Of a stretch of 64,000 nucleotides of DNA, positions 42,454-54,903 are shown one piece after another. The stretch's first letter is position 1. Every line of letters starts with the position of its first letter. The notes beneath the pieces were generated by a model. That model was not told where the DNA came from. It did not search any database and was given only the letters and a program-made list of their open reading frames with translations. The DNA comes from Diplonema japonicum. Lineage: Eukaryota; Protista; Euglenozoa: Diplonemea. The stretch is taken from positions 517,589 through 581,588 of the forward strand of contig OZ025685.1 of assembly GCA_964019335.1 (NCBI GenBank), in the 5' to 3' direction. The position numbers and the translations under genes are program-made.

Positions 42454-45079
42454 ATGTTGGAAGGGCTTGAGGACAAGGACAGAGCGGTAGGCGCCGAGAG
42501 GGCAGCGAGTCCCAGAGCCGCACGAAATGAGTATGTGAAACACAGCCCACCGTGCACCATACACCACAGTGATACAGCGTCTGAAGACAGTGGCTGGGAT
42601 GGGAATGGGATCAACTTCCGATGCGAAATGGCAAACTTCGACTCGCACGGCGTCCCTGAGGGTGAAGAGGTCCATGACAAGCAGACACCCGCAGGGACCA
42701 TGACACCACCGCCGCAGTACGAAGGCCATATCGACGCGTGCCTCATCAGATCTCCTGGGGAGAGAAGGATCGAGGACAGGCTTGCACAATCGTGGCCCCC
42801 ACGGACACCCGGCCCGAGTGCCAGCATCGATGAGATACCTCTTAACGACCTTACTGTCAGTGCCTTCACCCTTGATCCCGGTGAGGGAAAGCCTTCCCTG
42901 CTCCCCGGTGGTAAGGCGGTTGGTGGCTTGGGCAGAGCCCCCGTCGCCCCCAAGAGACAACCTGTAAAGATACTCCGCGAGGGCGGCGTGCAGGTATTTC
43001 CTTTTGCGCGCAGATATATTTCATTTTCCCCCCCACAGACGGAGTCCCAAGCATCGCCGCAAGTCATAATCAACAACATCACTACCATCGCGAACCCCAG
43101 CGCTGTGTTCTGCACAGTGCTGCTGAACGGTTCGCAGTGCATCCAGTGCACCGTCCCGTACACGGAGGACTCTGTTTCCCAAACGGAAGCTCTGCTGCGC
43201 CCCGACGTGTCGCAGTACGGCGAGGGGACTGGCCTGTTCCTGCAGCTCATGTTCTACTCGCCTAACTTCCCCTTCAAGCCTGACTATCACATACACGGGA
43301 CGTTGGAGCTGCTCGACAAGAATGAGCAAATCATCACCACCATCTACTTAGGGCTTCTTGAGGACCAGAAACAAATTGAGAAGAAGCAGCACACCGTGTG
43401 TGGTGAGCCCATAAAGGCCAAGGTGATCCTGTCATCAATCCCCCCAGTGAGGGTGGGTCCGAACGAGGTGTGTTTAACCAACATAAAATAAACCTATTAA
43501 CAGATGCAGCTTGTGGAGGAGATCTGCGACGTGCTGCGCAACACACGTTTCAACCCGGGAAGGGGAAGCCTCCCGTCCGTGCTGGTGCAGCACCGCGCCA
43601 AGGAGAGTCCTCTCTACGAGAAGGTCGTGGGGAAGTACTTCCAGAACTCGTGGCACACTTTCATGAAGGCACACGACGACGTCTTCGTGCTGTTCCACTA
43701 CTCGCAGAACGAGATCAAGGAGAGGAACCTGGGCCCATTCGCAAAGTTTAACGAGGCACGCATCGTACTTAAGGAGCATGAAAAGGGCGATTGGAAAAAA
43801 GCAGATGAAATGGCGGCACTGAAGCATGCACAGGCGGAGGAAGGTCTGAAACAGTTCCTTATCAAAACACTTGAGCAGAGGGACTACGATCAGCGAGAGC
43901 TGCTCGAAGTGCTTCACGGGAATATACACTTCAACCACTTCTTGAGTCCCACCTTCTCCATCTTGATGCGTACCCTCTGCAGGCATAAGGGGACGTTCAT
44001 CACGTCAACGGACGCCGACCAGCCCACAAGAGTGGGCCTTGCAAGGCCTGACCAGACAAGCATCGAAATGTCGAGCAAAATGGAATCCAACTATATGGGA
44101 GGGAAGCTGGATGACAACAACATACTGACGGAGGCAACAAGGACAACCCCCATCAGATATCAGCCCACGCAGGCACCGCAGTACAACAATGGCGGGATGC
44201 AGCCGCCTGCGCAGGCACAGAGGTCTCCTCTACTGCAGTTCTCGATGCCCCACCAGGCACCGCAGGAGGAGCAGAACAGTGTCGGGAACCTGATCCACGA
44301 CCTTGGCATCCAGCAGGGCGGGCAGAGGCAGAGATCCTGGTCCAAAACAGGTGCCAACAACACGGGTGCGATCGGCACGCAGCTCAACATGCCGGACAGC
44401 TCGCTGAAGGGGCAGCTTGTGGGTGACAACACGATGCTGGTGGCGTCTGCGGTTCCCATCCAGACGACGGTGCCTGCCGCCATACCCTCGCTGGGGGGAC
44501 CCTTGATGTTCGACCAGGCACTGCAGGGGCGGCATATGCAGCAGGTCATGCAGATAAGCAGCCCGTCACAGGGTGCGGCATCAACACCCACCTCGACACC
44601 GCCTGTGCAGCTGCTGGATCAGAACGCTACACTTGTCGTGCTTAAAAACACGCAGCAGCAGCCCATCCTACAGCAGCAGTCTCTTCTGCAGCAACAGTCT
44701 ATCCTTCAGCAGCAGCCCATCCTCCAGCAGCAGCAGTCTATGCTGCAGCAACATCAGCCTATTCTGCAGCAGCAGCTGTCCAACCAGCAGGTGTTGCTTG
44801 TCAACCAGCCGACAGGAGCAGATGCCAGCTGGGTGGTCACGCACCAGCCGAGCAATCAAGGTATTCACACAAACAGTCTTTAACCCATACCTAGATTCCA
44901 TTTACCCTTCTGTGATGCAAACGACACCTCCTACAGCGCCCGCTGTCATTGCCTCCAACACAAGCACACCACAGGAGCAAGGGCTTCACCCTTCCTTCTA
45001 TCCTCAGTACTTGCTAAGGTATGGTGGTCGTGTGCAACAGCTTTTTTTTTGTAAACACAACAGTGCTACGTCGTACTGA
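42454..45079 (+). CDS. Multi-exon protein with helical (possibly LOTUS/winged-helix-like) domain and Gln-rich tail
   Basis: A 36-nt intron (43468-43503) removes the stop and joins 42454.. to 43504.. in frame. A 34-nt intron (44861-44894) shifts into the 44573-45079 frame. Further in-frame 45-nt GT-AG candidates lie at 42994-43038 and 45019-45063. Confidence 0.72.
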
Positions 45080-45268
45080 AGCGCTTGAGACTGGTTTGCA
45101 TTTTTGTTCAAAAGATTATTTTTTTAAAAAGGGAGCAGACCTTTGTTTTTGAAAAAAAAAAAATGGAAAAAAAGTTTTCACTTTTTTTTTCTCTTCCCTT
45201 TTTTCAAAAGCCTTCCCATGAAACAATTGCCCCCCCCCCAAAAAAAAAGGCCACCCAACTTTTTTTAA

Positions 45269-45357
45269 GAGGAGAAACCGCTGCTGAAAGGGGATAGGTG
45301 CAGGTGGAAGATGAGCACAAGGGGGCGTCTCACAAAAAAGACTTCCTTTAACTCATA
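45269..45357 (+). repeat. Dispersed ~85-bp repeat; copy of 2398-2483 (3' end of the retroelement relic)
   Basis: GAGGAGAAACCGCTGCTGAAAGGGGATAGGTGCAGGT...CAAGGGGGCGTCTCACAAA..GACTTCCTTTAACTCATA is shared by both loci. Confidence 0.9.
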
Positions 45358-47155
45358 ATTTTGTTTTTTTCTCTTTTCTTTTCCATTATATTATTTCTCT
45401 TTTTTTTTTTCATTGTTTTTTTTAAGGGGAGAAAAAAAAACAAGTAAAATCGAACATTAGCCGTTTCTTTCATTTTCTCCTTTGGTCTTGTGGCTGTAGG
45501 TTCTTTTCTCCAGTGGGGGGGGGGGGGGGGGGGGAGTATGTGAGGGGAAAGAAAAGGAAATGAAGGTACATAAACTGCGTGACTTTACAGTACTTAGCTC
45601 GTAGCAGCGAAGACGCGTCGCCCCTTTTCAGGAAAAGAAGACTAGTCTTACCAAAAAGAAAAAGAAAAAAAAAGTACACCCGTAAAGGTGCTAGTTTCTG
45701 TTGCCTCTCATTTTTAAGGTTTTCTTTGTTTACATTAGAGTTTAGTTGAGGGCTATATCCCCGTTGAAGATTTTACCATTTTTTCTCCCCCGCTTCCCCC
45801 CACATTCACAGCAAACTTCTTTTTTTCTTTTTCTTTGTTCTTTACTCTCACTTTAAAATCCTTTGTCTGCTTCTCTCTCCCCCCCCCTTAATATAAAAGA
45901 AATAAACCAGTATTCAAAAAAAAAAAAAAAAAAAAAAAAAGCGGAAGGGACAATAGATGGGGGAGATGGAACTCGCCCACTATCCTTCGAAAGAGTTTTT
46001 AAAAAAAAAAAAAGGAGAAAGAAAAGAAGAAGGGAAAAAAAAAAAGAAAAAGAAAAAGGAGGAAACCACAGTATAGCAAAACTAACCTGTCGTAGGGCCC
46101 CCCTACTAACGGAGGGCAGAGGCCTTATGCTGGCAGTTGATACTCTATTTTTTTTCTCCTGGGGGAAGGGATAGAGGGGTTTCTTATACAATAAAACAAT
46201 AAAACTTTTTTAAAAATCTAAGAAAAGAAACGAAAGACAAATGAAAAGCGTTTCAGGCTTTTGTTCGAATCGCCATCTCTTACGAGATAGCAAAAGAGCC
46301 AGCCCAGTTTTTTTTGCAGAAAAAGGGGGGGGGGGGGGAGGAGGTGTTATATTTTTTTGAAAGGTAGTTTTTTTTCCCCCCCCCTCTTTCACAAAAATAC
46401 TTGTTCCTTTTTATTTCCCTTATCCCCCCCCCCCCCCCCCGTCCCTCTTCCCCCTTTCTTATTCTTCTTTTTTATTTCTCTTTTTATCACCGTATTTTTA
46501 AAATCACCGAGAGTTCCAAGTATTTGCCTTTTTGAGTAGCTGTTTTAAAAATTCATTTTTTTTTAAATTTCTTTTTACTTCCATCTTACATTTGTCTCAC
46601 CGTGAGTTCTATTGTGTTGACATATGCTTTTTGAAAATTGAGGAAAATGAAAATACGGAGATACATTTTTTGTTGCTTCTCTTTTGTGAAGAAGAAGTAC
46701 AGGAAAAAAAAAAAGAAAAAAGAAGGAAACCATGGAGAGGGGGAGAAGAAGAAAAAAAGAAATCCACAAAACACATGCACACCACCCCCCCTTTTTAAAA
46801 GAATCTTTTTATCTTCCCCCCCCCCCCCCCTCGTTCTTTCCCCCTTCCCCGCTCTTCCAATAAGATAGTGTTTTTTTTTTTCTTCCCCAGTTTGGCAGCC
46901 ACCAGAACTAAGAAGTCAAATTGCTGGCGTTGCCTGTCTCTTGTCCCTTTTACCCTTGGCCCCCTCTTAATACCCAGCAGGTTGAGCGCCCTGCATTTAA
47001 GTCTTTTTCTTTTTATACCCCCCCTAATAATTAATTTAAGCCAATTCCACCCGTTTTTCTTCTACTTATTATTAGCCCTGTCCTCCCCATTCCCCCCCTC
47101 TTTTTTTTTTTGCCCCCCGTCTTCCTTTCTTCACTTCCTTTCTTATCCCCTTTCT

Positions 47156-47250
47156 TTTTATTTTATTTTATTTTATTTTATTTTATTTTATTTTATTTTA
47201 TTTTATTTTATTTTATTTTATTTTATTTTATTTTATTTTATTTTATTTTA
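47156..47250. repeat. (TTTTA)19 microsatellite
   Basis: Directly visible; lies just upstream of the CCCH gene. Confidence 0.95.
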
Positions 47251-47340
47251 TTTATTTTATAATTTTTCTGTTGTCGGTATTTGTTGTGCGTCAGCTTGTG
47301 TTCCACCCCTCTAGATAGATAAGTAAAAGAAGAAAATAAA

Positions 47341-47730
47341 ATGCCCCAGATCGTGCCCAGGGAGCCCACTGCGGAGGAGAAGGAGCTGATCTGCAAAGCG
47401 ACCGCAAGTGGGAAGGTCGAACTCCCTGAGAAGGAGGAAACCTACCGTATTGACTACAGTGTGTCCCTGGAGAGCAGGGTCACAAGCGATTCGTCCTACA
47501 AGAAGAGGCTAGAGAAGGTGACCTGCAGTGCTGGGACTGACGTCATCTACTTTACCGTAACGAACGAGAGCAAGGCGGAGGAGGGTGGGAAGGCCGAGCT
47601 CCCCGCCCCTCTCCTTTCCGAGCCTGCCCCGAGAAAGCCCTGTGTTTTCTTCAACAAGGGCACTTGCAAGAATGGATTGGAATGCCAATTCAGCCACTGC
47701 TACGTGGCCCCCCGAGTGGCCAAGAAGTGA
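47341..47730 (+). CDS. Small CCCH zinc-finger protein
   Basis: C-x7-C-x5-C-x3-H 'CVFFNKGTCKNGLECQFSH'. The stop overlaps a GTGAGT donor, so a further exon is possible. Confidence 0.82.
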   Translation: MPQIVPREPTAEEKELICKATASGKVELPEKEETYRIDYSVSLESRVTSDSSYKKRLEKVTCSAGTDVIYFTVTNESKAEEGGKAELPAPLLSEPAPRKPCVFFNKGTCKNGLECQFSHCYVAPRVAKK

Positions 47731-48380
47731 GTTTGGAAAAGAGAAAAAAGAATGTTCTAAAAGAAAAAAAAAAAAAAGACTTCCCTTATGTTGCAACCCA
47801 ACCCAACTCCCCCTTTTCCACCACAAAAAAAAAAACACGAAAAATGTGTACTTTTTCACTCACCTTTACCTACTTACCAGATTATAGCATTAAGGGACGA
47901 GGGGGAGAGATATGAACGCAGAAGAAAAAAAAAAAAAAAAACAAGGGAGGGGAGGGTAGGGTTTAATAGATCTGTTTCTTCTTTCCCTACTTCGGGAATA
48001 AATTCTCCCCTTCCCCTTCCCCTTCTGTTCGGCTAATTTGTCCCCCTTTGGTTATAGGTTCTCTTCCCCATATTTTTTCCTGCTCACTTTTTCGCACTTC
48101 CCTTCTTGGTTTTAAAGGCCAAGCCCCATTTTTTTCCCTTGCAACAAGCCCCCATATTTTCTTTCTCCCAAGTGTAATATTTAACTCTTAAAACAGTTTT
48201 TATTTTAAGCTTTTTTACTCCCCCCCTTTTTTTGTTGAGGTGGTGCTTTTTTATTTATTTTTTAAAATCTCCCTTTTTTTAAAAAAAAAGTTTTCTTTTA
48301 TTTCTCTTTTTTCTTTCTTTTTTATTCCTTTTTTCATGAAAAAAGAAAAAGAAGAAAACCACAGCAACACACACAGGAGG

Positions 48381-49329
48381 ATGGATATGTTATCTGTTCC
48401 TGGTAGGGGTGCCCCTGGGTCCCCGGCTCCAAGTGCTATTTCAGCAACATCAGGTATGTTGAAATGAGTGAGAAAAAATGGCAAAACAAAGGCGTGACAC
48501 GCATGGTAACCTTCAAGCCAAAGCAACTCTACTTCCCCCCTCCCTTGGACCGATTCATAACGAACACACTGCACCTTCGGAGCACGTCTCCCAGTTGTGT
48601 TGTGTGGCGGCTGACGACAGTATCGGCCCGGTATCGAGTGACACCTACGCAAGGGTTTTTGGTAATGTTGAAGGGGAGGGGGAAAACGAAAGCAAAAAAA
48701 ACCGAAAAAAACCGAAAAATAAAAAAAAACACAGCAACCTTCGGGCGTCCAGGAGGTTTCAATATCTTATAAACCACGGCATACACAGAATGGGGGCAAG
48801 GAGGACCCCAAGGATTTGGTGGACGAAAAATTTCAGATCGAGGTGTGGTTAGGAGTTGAATGGGAAAAAAAAAAGGAAAAAAAAAAAAGAAAAACAGATA
48901 CGAGTAGCTTCCCCCGACGACGAGGAAGCCGTGGATGCAGTCTTCAAGCGGGACATCGAAAGGCATGAGAGGCTGCGTTATAAGATACGGTGTATCTTTG
49001 CGCCAGAGGTGAAGAGCCCCCTGCCCCGGTCGCCACACAACCCGTCGCCCTATAGGAACGGTTCCCCGCTTCCCATTCTCGGCAGCATCAGCCCCTCTAG
49101 AGACGTCTCTTCCCTCCTCCGCGAACGCGCTTTCATTGAAGAGCACATATCCCGTACCTCGCAAGACATCAGCAAGGCTGAAGCCTCCCCCTTGCCGCCC
49201 CTGGACATTAAATCTATCCCAACCGCTATTCTCATACCCCTAAAATTCGCCTGCGTCCTTCTCTTCATCTCCTTCTTCTCTGCCAGGGTACTCGCACATA
49301 TGGCTTATGAGTTTCTCTCGTGTAAATGA
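48381..49329 (+). CDS. VAP-like MSP-domain tail-anchored protein; exons 48381-48453, 48492-48661, 48735-48842, 48898-49329
   Basis: Three GT-AG introns (38, 73, 55 nt) give one frame: 'VTFKPKQLYFPPPLDRFITNTLHL..VVWRLTT..RYRVTPTQGFLQP..V..DEKFQIE'; C-terminal TM. Confidence 0.82.
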
Positions 49330-49570
49330 TTATCATAATGGGCGGGGGGGGGGGGGGGGGGGGCGGAAAGTGTGTTATTTTTTTTAACTCTTATTATCTT
49401 TTTTTTTTCTTTTTTTTTTTCCCGGTAAAAAAAAAAAAGAAGAGGGAAAAAAAGGAGGTACCTCCTCTTTTTGGGAAGAAAAAAAAAGAAGAAAAAAACA
49501 AAGATTGATTTTTTTTTTTTGAGATTTTCCACGGGGCGCCATCAACACTGGCCTCCTTTGTCTCTTATGG

Positions 49571-49600
<30 letters not shown>

Positions 49601-49601
<1 letters not shown>

Positions 49602-49650
49602 TGGGCCGTTGCTAACCACTTCGTTACCATCATAGTAAAGTTTTTTTTTT
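49601..49650. repeat. Dispersed ~45-bp repeat shared with 4263-4305 (inside the MITE)
   Basis: GGGCCGTTGCTAACCACTTCGTT..ATCAT(G/A)GT follows a poly-T tract at both sites. Confidence 0.85.
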
Positions 49651-50484
49651 TGAGTCCGTTCGCAGAGAAAATGTTGTAACAATTTAAAAGTTTTTTTTTT
49701 TAAATTAGTGGAGTCGAGTTGTCTGATTTTTCTCGCTGAAAACTTGCGGACGGGCTTAGTATTTTAGATTTTCTTCTCCCCCTCCTCGGAGTCCCACTCC
49801 CCTCCTTAGATATGTCCGTTAAAAGAAAAGCCGTAAAAGAAAAGAGAGAAAGAAACAGTATTTTTAAGAGAAAAAAAGCAATAAGAAAACGAGAATGAAA
49901 AGAAACGTTCAAACCCAGTCCTTAATTTTCAGGGAGTCGCTAACAACATAGTGCAGGTTGTCGTTCACCCTGCACGCCTCTTAACACCGATCTCGTATCT
50001 TGCTCCTGGTATTTTCTTGTTTTCTCTTCTTTAATGAGTGGTCATTTTCTTTTTTTTTTTTTTTTTTTTTTTTTTTTGTTAATATAACCATGAACACCCC
50101 ACCCCATACGGTGGTCGATATGCTCCGACCTTTTTTTTTTTTTTTCTTTTTTTTTTTAACCGCGGAAAAGTCGTCCGAGAAATTGGACTGGCTTGGAACC
50201 CTTGACTTTTTCTTTTACGACAACCAATGGTTGGAATGGAACCGACAGTCAGAAATGGTCTTCAGTGTTTTTTCAAAAGGAATTTAAAAAAAAAAAATCC
50301 TCTTGAGGAATGCTTCGGACGCCGACCCTCCATATCGGCCCCCTAACTCCCCCCCCTTTTTTTTCCCTTTCTTTTTTTTCATTTTTTTTTTTTCACAATC
50401 GTTTTTCATGTTCACAATCCCTCCATTTCACACCCGCTATCCACAGGAGCAAAAAGAAGGGGGGAACCACACTTTAGTAATAAG

Positions 50485-51669
50485 ATGGCTGTCAAGAAGA
50501 CGAAGTCGGTATGTCGAAGTGCTTTGATTTACCAAAAAAACCACTGAACACCATCAGGAAGGAGACAACCACTCGAGCCTGTCCGAAACAAGCCCCTTGA
50601 GTCCTATGAGCCCTACGATACGAAAGGCGGCACCTGATGGGGTATGCATCACCTCTCCCTTTTTCCATTTATCTCCTTTAGGTTGTCCAGATTGGGGAGC
50701 ATTCTTTCCACTGGAAGACTGTTGTCGGGTCTGCACTGGTGTTCATCATAGTATTTGCCTTTGGGTTGGGCATCCCTTTGAACTACAACGATGGCTTCTG
50801 GGCGTGCGTGAGTGGCGTGTGCGGGTGGATCTCCACTGCCGCCTGGGGTATCAGTTTCTACCCTCAGGTGTACCTGAACTGGGTGAGGAAGAGTGTGGTA
50901 GGCATGTCCTTTGACTTCCAGTACCTTAACCTGATCGGCTTTGCGTGCTACAGTATCATGAACGTGTGCTACTACTTCGTGGACCCCATCAAGGACGACT
51001 ACAAGCAGATGCACGACAACAGCACCTCTGCTGTTGAGTCCAACGACGTTGCCTTCGCCGTCCATGCCGAGATCCTTACTGCAATCACCTTCGTGCAGAT
51101 TTTCTTCTACGAGAGGGGTTCACAGACATTCAACAAGCTCGCCATCGGCTCCTCCATCGTCGCGGGTGTCTTCTACCTGCTCTGGTTCCTCGACCTTGTG
51201 ATCAAGGGCGGGAGGTACGGGGACAGGAACAGGCCGTTCATCTGGTTGGACTTCCTTTCGGGGCTGGCGTACTTCAAACTGGCGATCTCGATTGTGAAGT
51301 ACACCCCGCAGGTGTACCTCAACTGGCAGAGAAAGAGGACAACAGGGTGGAACATCTGGAATGTGCTGCTGGACTTCACAGGTGGGACGCTGTCGTTGAC
51401 ACAGCTGTTCATAGACTGCATCAGGAAGGATGACTGGAGCAAGATCTCTGGTGACCCTGTGAAGTTCGGTCTTGGGTTCTGCTCTATGGTCTTCGACACC
51501 ATCTTCATGATCCAGCACTACATCCTCTACGCGGAAGGGAACAAGCTGGATGTGGTATGCTTTATGATATACACGTACAGCAACACAACAGGCGGAGGAC
51601 GAGGCAAAGCTCGCAGGCGAGAAGAACGACGTCAACGACGGTGACGTGGAGAGTGGGAACGCCTGGTGA
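50485..51669 (+). CDS. CTNS: Cystinosin-family PQ-loop lysosomal transporter; exons 50485-50508, 50558-50641, 50682-51554, 51592-51669
   Basis: 'AWGISFYPQVYLNWVRKSVVGMSFDF', 'KYTPQVYLNWQRKRTTGWNIWNVLLDFTGG', 'GDPVKFGLG', 'FMIQHYILY'. Introns of 49, 40 and 37 nt all begin GTATG and keep frame. Confidence 0.9.
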
Positions 51670-52392
51670 GGCTGCCGCTGTATAAAAACTCTCTTTCCAA
51701 GTGCGTGCAGTATCATACACGGGGCATTTCCTGTCCTTCGCTTCAAACCTTTTTTTCTTTTTGGTACTAACATCTATTCAGAGTTGGAGTAACCCTGAGC
51801 CACCGTGCCGCGATGACACTCTTCTCTTAAACAAATAGATCTCAACTCTGGTTTGCTAGCACCATTTAGGGGGGAGGAAAAAAAAAAAGAAAAATGCGTT
51901 TATTTTTTTTTTATTATTTTTAGCTTTCATAGGAGTAAAAACAAAAAAAAAAGAAAGGAACAATTTTCTGGCAGAAGTACATACCCACTGCTTTTTGCTT
52001 GTAATGTTGTTCTATGTGCTCCTTTCGTATTATTTTGTTCTCGTCCCTGATTTCTTTTCGCCTCCTATCTCTAAATTGTCCGAGATTCTCAATGCACTTC
52101 TTATTTGTGTGCTTTCTATTACAGGCGATCGGAAAGCTTTATTGCCGGCCGAAAACGACCTTTTCCCGATGAGGAAGGTTTTTTGTGAAAAGTTCCCTGT
52201 GTAGCCTACAAATCACTCTCATGGACAATTTAGAGATGCAAGGCGACATCTTTCCAGTTCTTTAAGCCCCTTGTTATTACCTTCCGTTTCTCGCCCCAGG
52301 CTCCCTTAATGCTTCTTGACCTGATCCTTGAAAAGATTAAGTAAACACTGATTTAAAACAAGAGGTAGTTTATTTATTTATTTTTTTTTATA

Positions 52393-53606
52393 CCGGATTT
52401 GTATTTATATTGTTCAGTTTTAATAATGGTCTGGGGATTTGTATACTGTATAAATTATGTACCTTTTTCGGATTTTGGACCCAACTTGGGACTTTTTACA
52501 GAACAATACAAAAAACTACTTTTATTATTTTTGGCCTGACCCCCCCAGGACAGGCCCCACTAAAATCAAAGCCACGTTTGTGGTGTACAAGATCTACTTT
52601 TTGGTTTCCATTTTCAAAACAAGGTACGCGGACGCCCTGAAGGCCCAGATAAAGACAGAGCGGGAAAGACACAGAAGAGAAGCCCTTCTTACTGCTGTTG
52701 GTCCGGCTTCTGTTCCCGTTAGTCCTGTTGCCGCGCCTGGTGCTTCTGTTCCCGTTAGTCCTGTTGCCACGCCTGGTGCTTCTGTTCCCGTTAGTCCTGT
52801 TGCCGCGCCTGGTGCTTCTGTTGTTGCCGGTCCTGTGGTTTCTGTTGTCGGTCCCGTTGCTTCTGTTGCCAACCCCGTGGCCTCCCCTGCTGCTCCGACA
52901 CCTTCACAGATTGCAAAATCAGCAATGCTTGAGGTTGACAAAAGGACAAAGATTATGCGTCCTTTTGTTCTTGCCTGGGGTGTCGAGGCTTACCGCAAGC
53001 TAACAATCCGGGCAGGGTTCGCTTACCTTTTTAACGATCTCCCACCCGGGTCTGCATCCGTGACCCTGCCCACTGAGGACTGCGCCCTCGCCTGGCCCTC
53101 CGCCCCCGCCTTCCGAGGTCGAGCTGGTTCGAGAAGCTGCGTGCAGATGCAGGAGTTGACGAACAACGTGACGAGGGTGCCCTGCCCCAACTGCAGCGCA
53201 ACCCTCAAGCAGGTTAGAAAAGAGACCAGTGTGGTAGTGCACGGAATGCTCTGGTGAGCATGACATGAGCACCTGCGGGAGGGTCTGCCCGTCCTGCCAC
53301 TATGTGGTGTGCTTTACGTGCAGGACTGGGCAATAGTGAACTAGAATTGCGGTAATACCACCCCCCCTCCCCGGCTGGGGGGTATTTTGTTTTTGTCTTG
53401 GGATTTTTTATTTTTAGGGATATTTTCTGGGATTTGTTTTATTCAGGCGTCCTGCCACATACCGCAGGTACCCTTAAATGTCTCTTTTTATTTTTGTGAT
53501 TTTTATGTTCTGTTTTAATAATGGTGTTCTGTAAATATTATGTACCTTTTTCGAATTTTTTGCCCAATTTGGGACTTTTCACATAACAATATAAGTACAA
53601 ATCCGG
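52393..53606. mobile_element. Non-autonomous TIR DNA transposon (~1.2 kb, TA-flanked) carrying a gene fragment
   Basis: TA|CCGGATTTGTATTTATATTGTT ... AACAATATAAGTACAAATCCGG|TA (22-bp TIR, 1 mismatch); subterminal ~95-bp direct repeats at ~52411-52510 and ~53506-53600. Confidence 0.8.
52620..53336 (+). pseudogene. Disrupted Cys-rich zinc-finger gene fragment with 3x36-bp tandem repeat (52706-52813)
   Basis: (ASVPVSPVAAPG)x3, then CPNC. After a frameshift near 53220 it reads W*CTEC...CPSCHYVVCFTC, with an in-frame TAG at 53235-53237. Confidence 0.6.
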
Positions 53607-54416
53607 TATTTTTTTTTTTGATTATTTTTAAAATTGGTTTGTGTTGAGCCCTTGGACCTTTAAACGCCCGGCTGTGACAAAGCAAAAAAGAAGAAAAAAA
53701 AAAAGAAAAAAAAAGAAAAAAAAAAACCATGGGCCGAACAGTAGTGTTCTGCAAAAATACAGTTAGTTCCCGTGGTGTGTTTGTGCACCGTGCCAGTTTT
53801 AGTTAGCAAAGGCAAGAGGGGTTTTTTTTTTTTTTTTTTTTTTTTGAGCTAGAGCTTTTCCACTTACGTTCTTGATTTGTTTTCACCGTGAGAAGAATAT
53901 TATTTGTGTTTATTTCGCGACCCCGAAGGCCACACTCCTAGATGCAACTACGGGCACATTGCATTGCAGCTTCAATGGAACTCGCTAGTTGGATTCACGC
54001 CCAAGTTGCTGAATAGATACTACAACAGCAAGGGTCGAACATGCTGAGGTGATGGTCGTCAGGTTCCCCTTCAAAACACGCTTTTTCTGTTTCGGTGGTG
54101 AAGATATGATGGAATAGGGCATTATTTGCCGTGAATTCAAAAAGAAGAAGAAAAGAAAAAAAAAAGAAAGAAGGAGAACAAAAAGATCCACCGTCAGACG
54201 CTGTGGCTAACTGGTCCGCAAAATCCCATCCCCAGATAATGTTTCAAACAATACTTTTTCCCCTGCTATGGATACCAGGGTTTCGGCCAAGCCAAACTGG
54301 CGAAAAGAAGAAGAAGAAAGAAATGGTGAAAACCCACCCTCCTTTCCTGTGGCAAGTTCCCAAATAAGTGGGCCTAATAATTCTGCGGACTAACGGGATT
54401 ATTCTGGGGTCCTTTA

Positions 54417-54451
<35 letters not shown>

Positions 54452-54903
54452 TGAAGAGCTCTGTGGGACTCTCATGTTGTTGCTATTTCTTATTTTTTTA
54501 TCCAGGGGGTGCAGTACGGCACCAGTAACGAAAATTGTCCCTTGAATTGAATATGACTCATTCTTTTTGAGGAGTTTTCAAACTTGTTTCCTTCGCCACA
54601 TATGTAGTAGTTATGTGACAGGCGCCCTCTGTTTCTTATTTTCTCCTTTCATCTTTTACATGCCGTTTTTTCTTTATTATGTAGCTGGTGCATTTCTTCA
54701 TTCTTTCCGACGGTCATATTACGTGTATTTTGTATCTTGTTATACTGCTCCACTTATAGATCTGGAAACGAAGGACCCTCCGATGCACACGAAGAGTGAT
54801 TGATTGGGACGCGCTATGTTTTGCTGTCCATCGTGTTTCTTATCAGTTATTGCACTTTTGCAGCTTTTTTAATTTTTATTTTGCTAATTTTCTAAGGTTA
54901 AAA

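Noticed and set aside
4766-44901. Numerous minus-strand ORFs of up to ~280 aa
   Set aside because: They lie antisense to well-supported + strand genes and show no motifs (shadow ORFs).
50107-50345. Weak inverted repeats TACGGTGGTCGATATG / CATATCGGCCCCCTA
   Set aside because: Possibly an old MITE, but only ~10 matching bases; insufficient.
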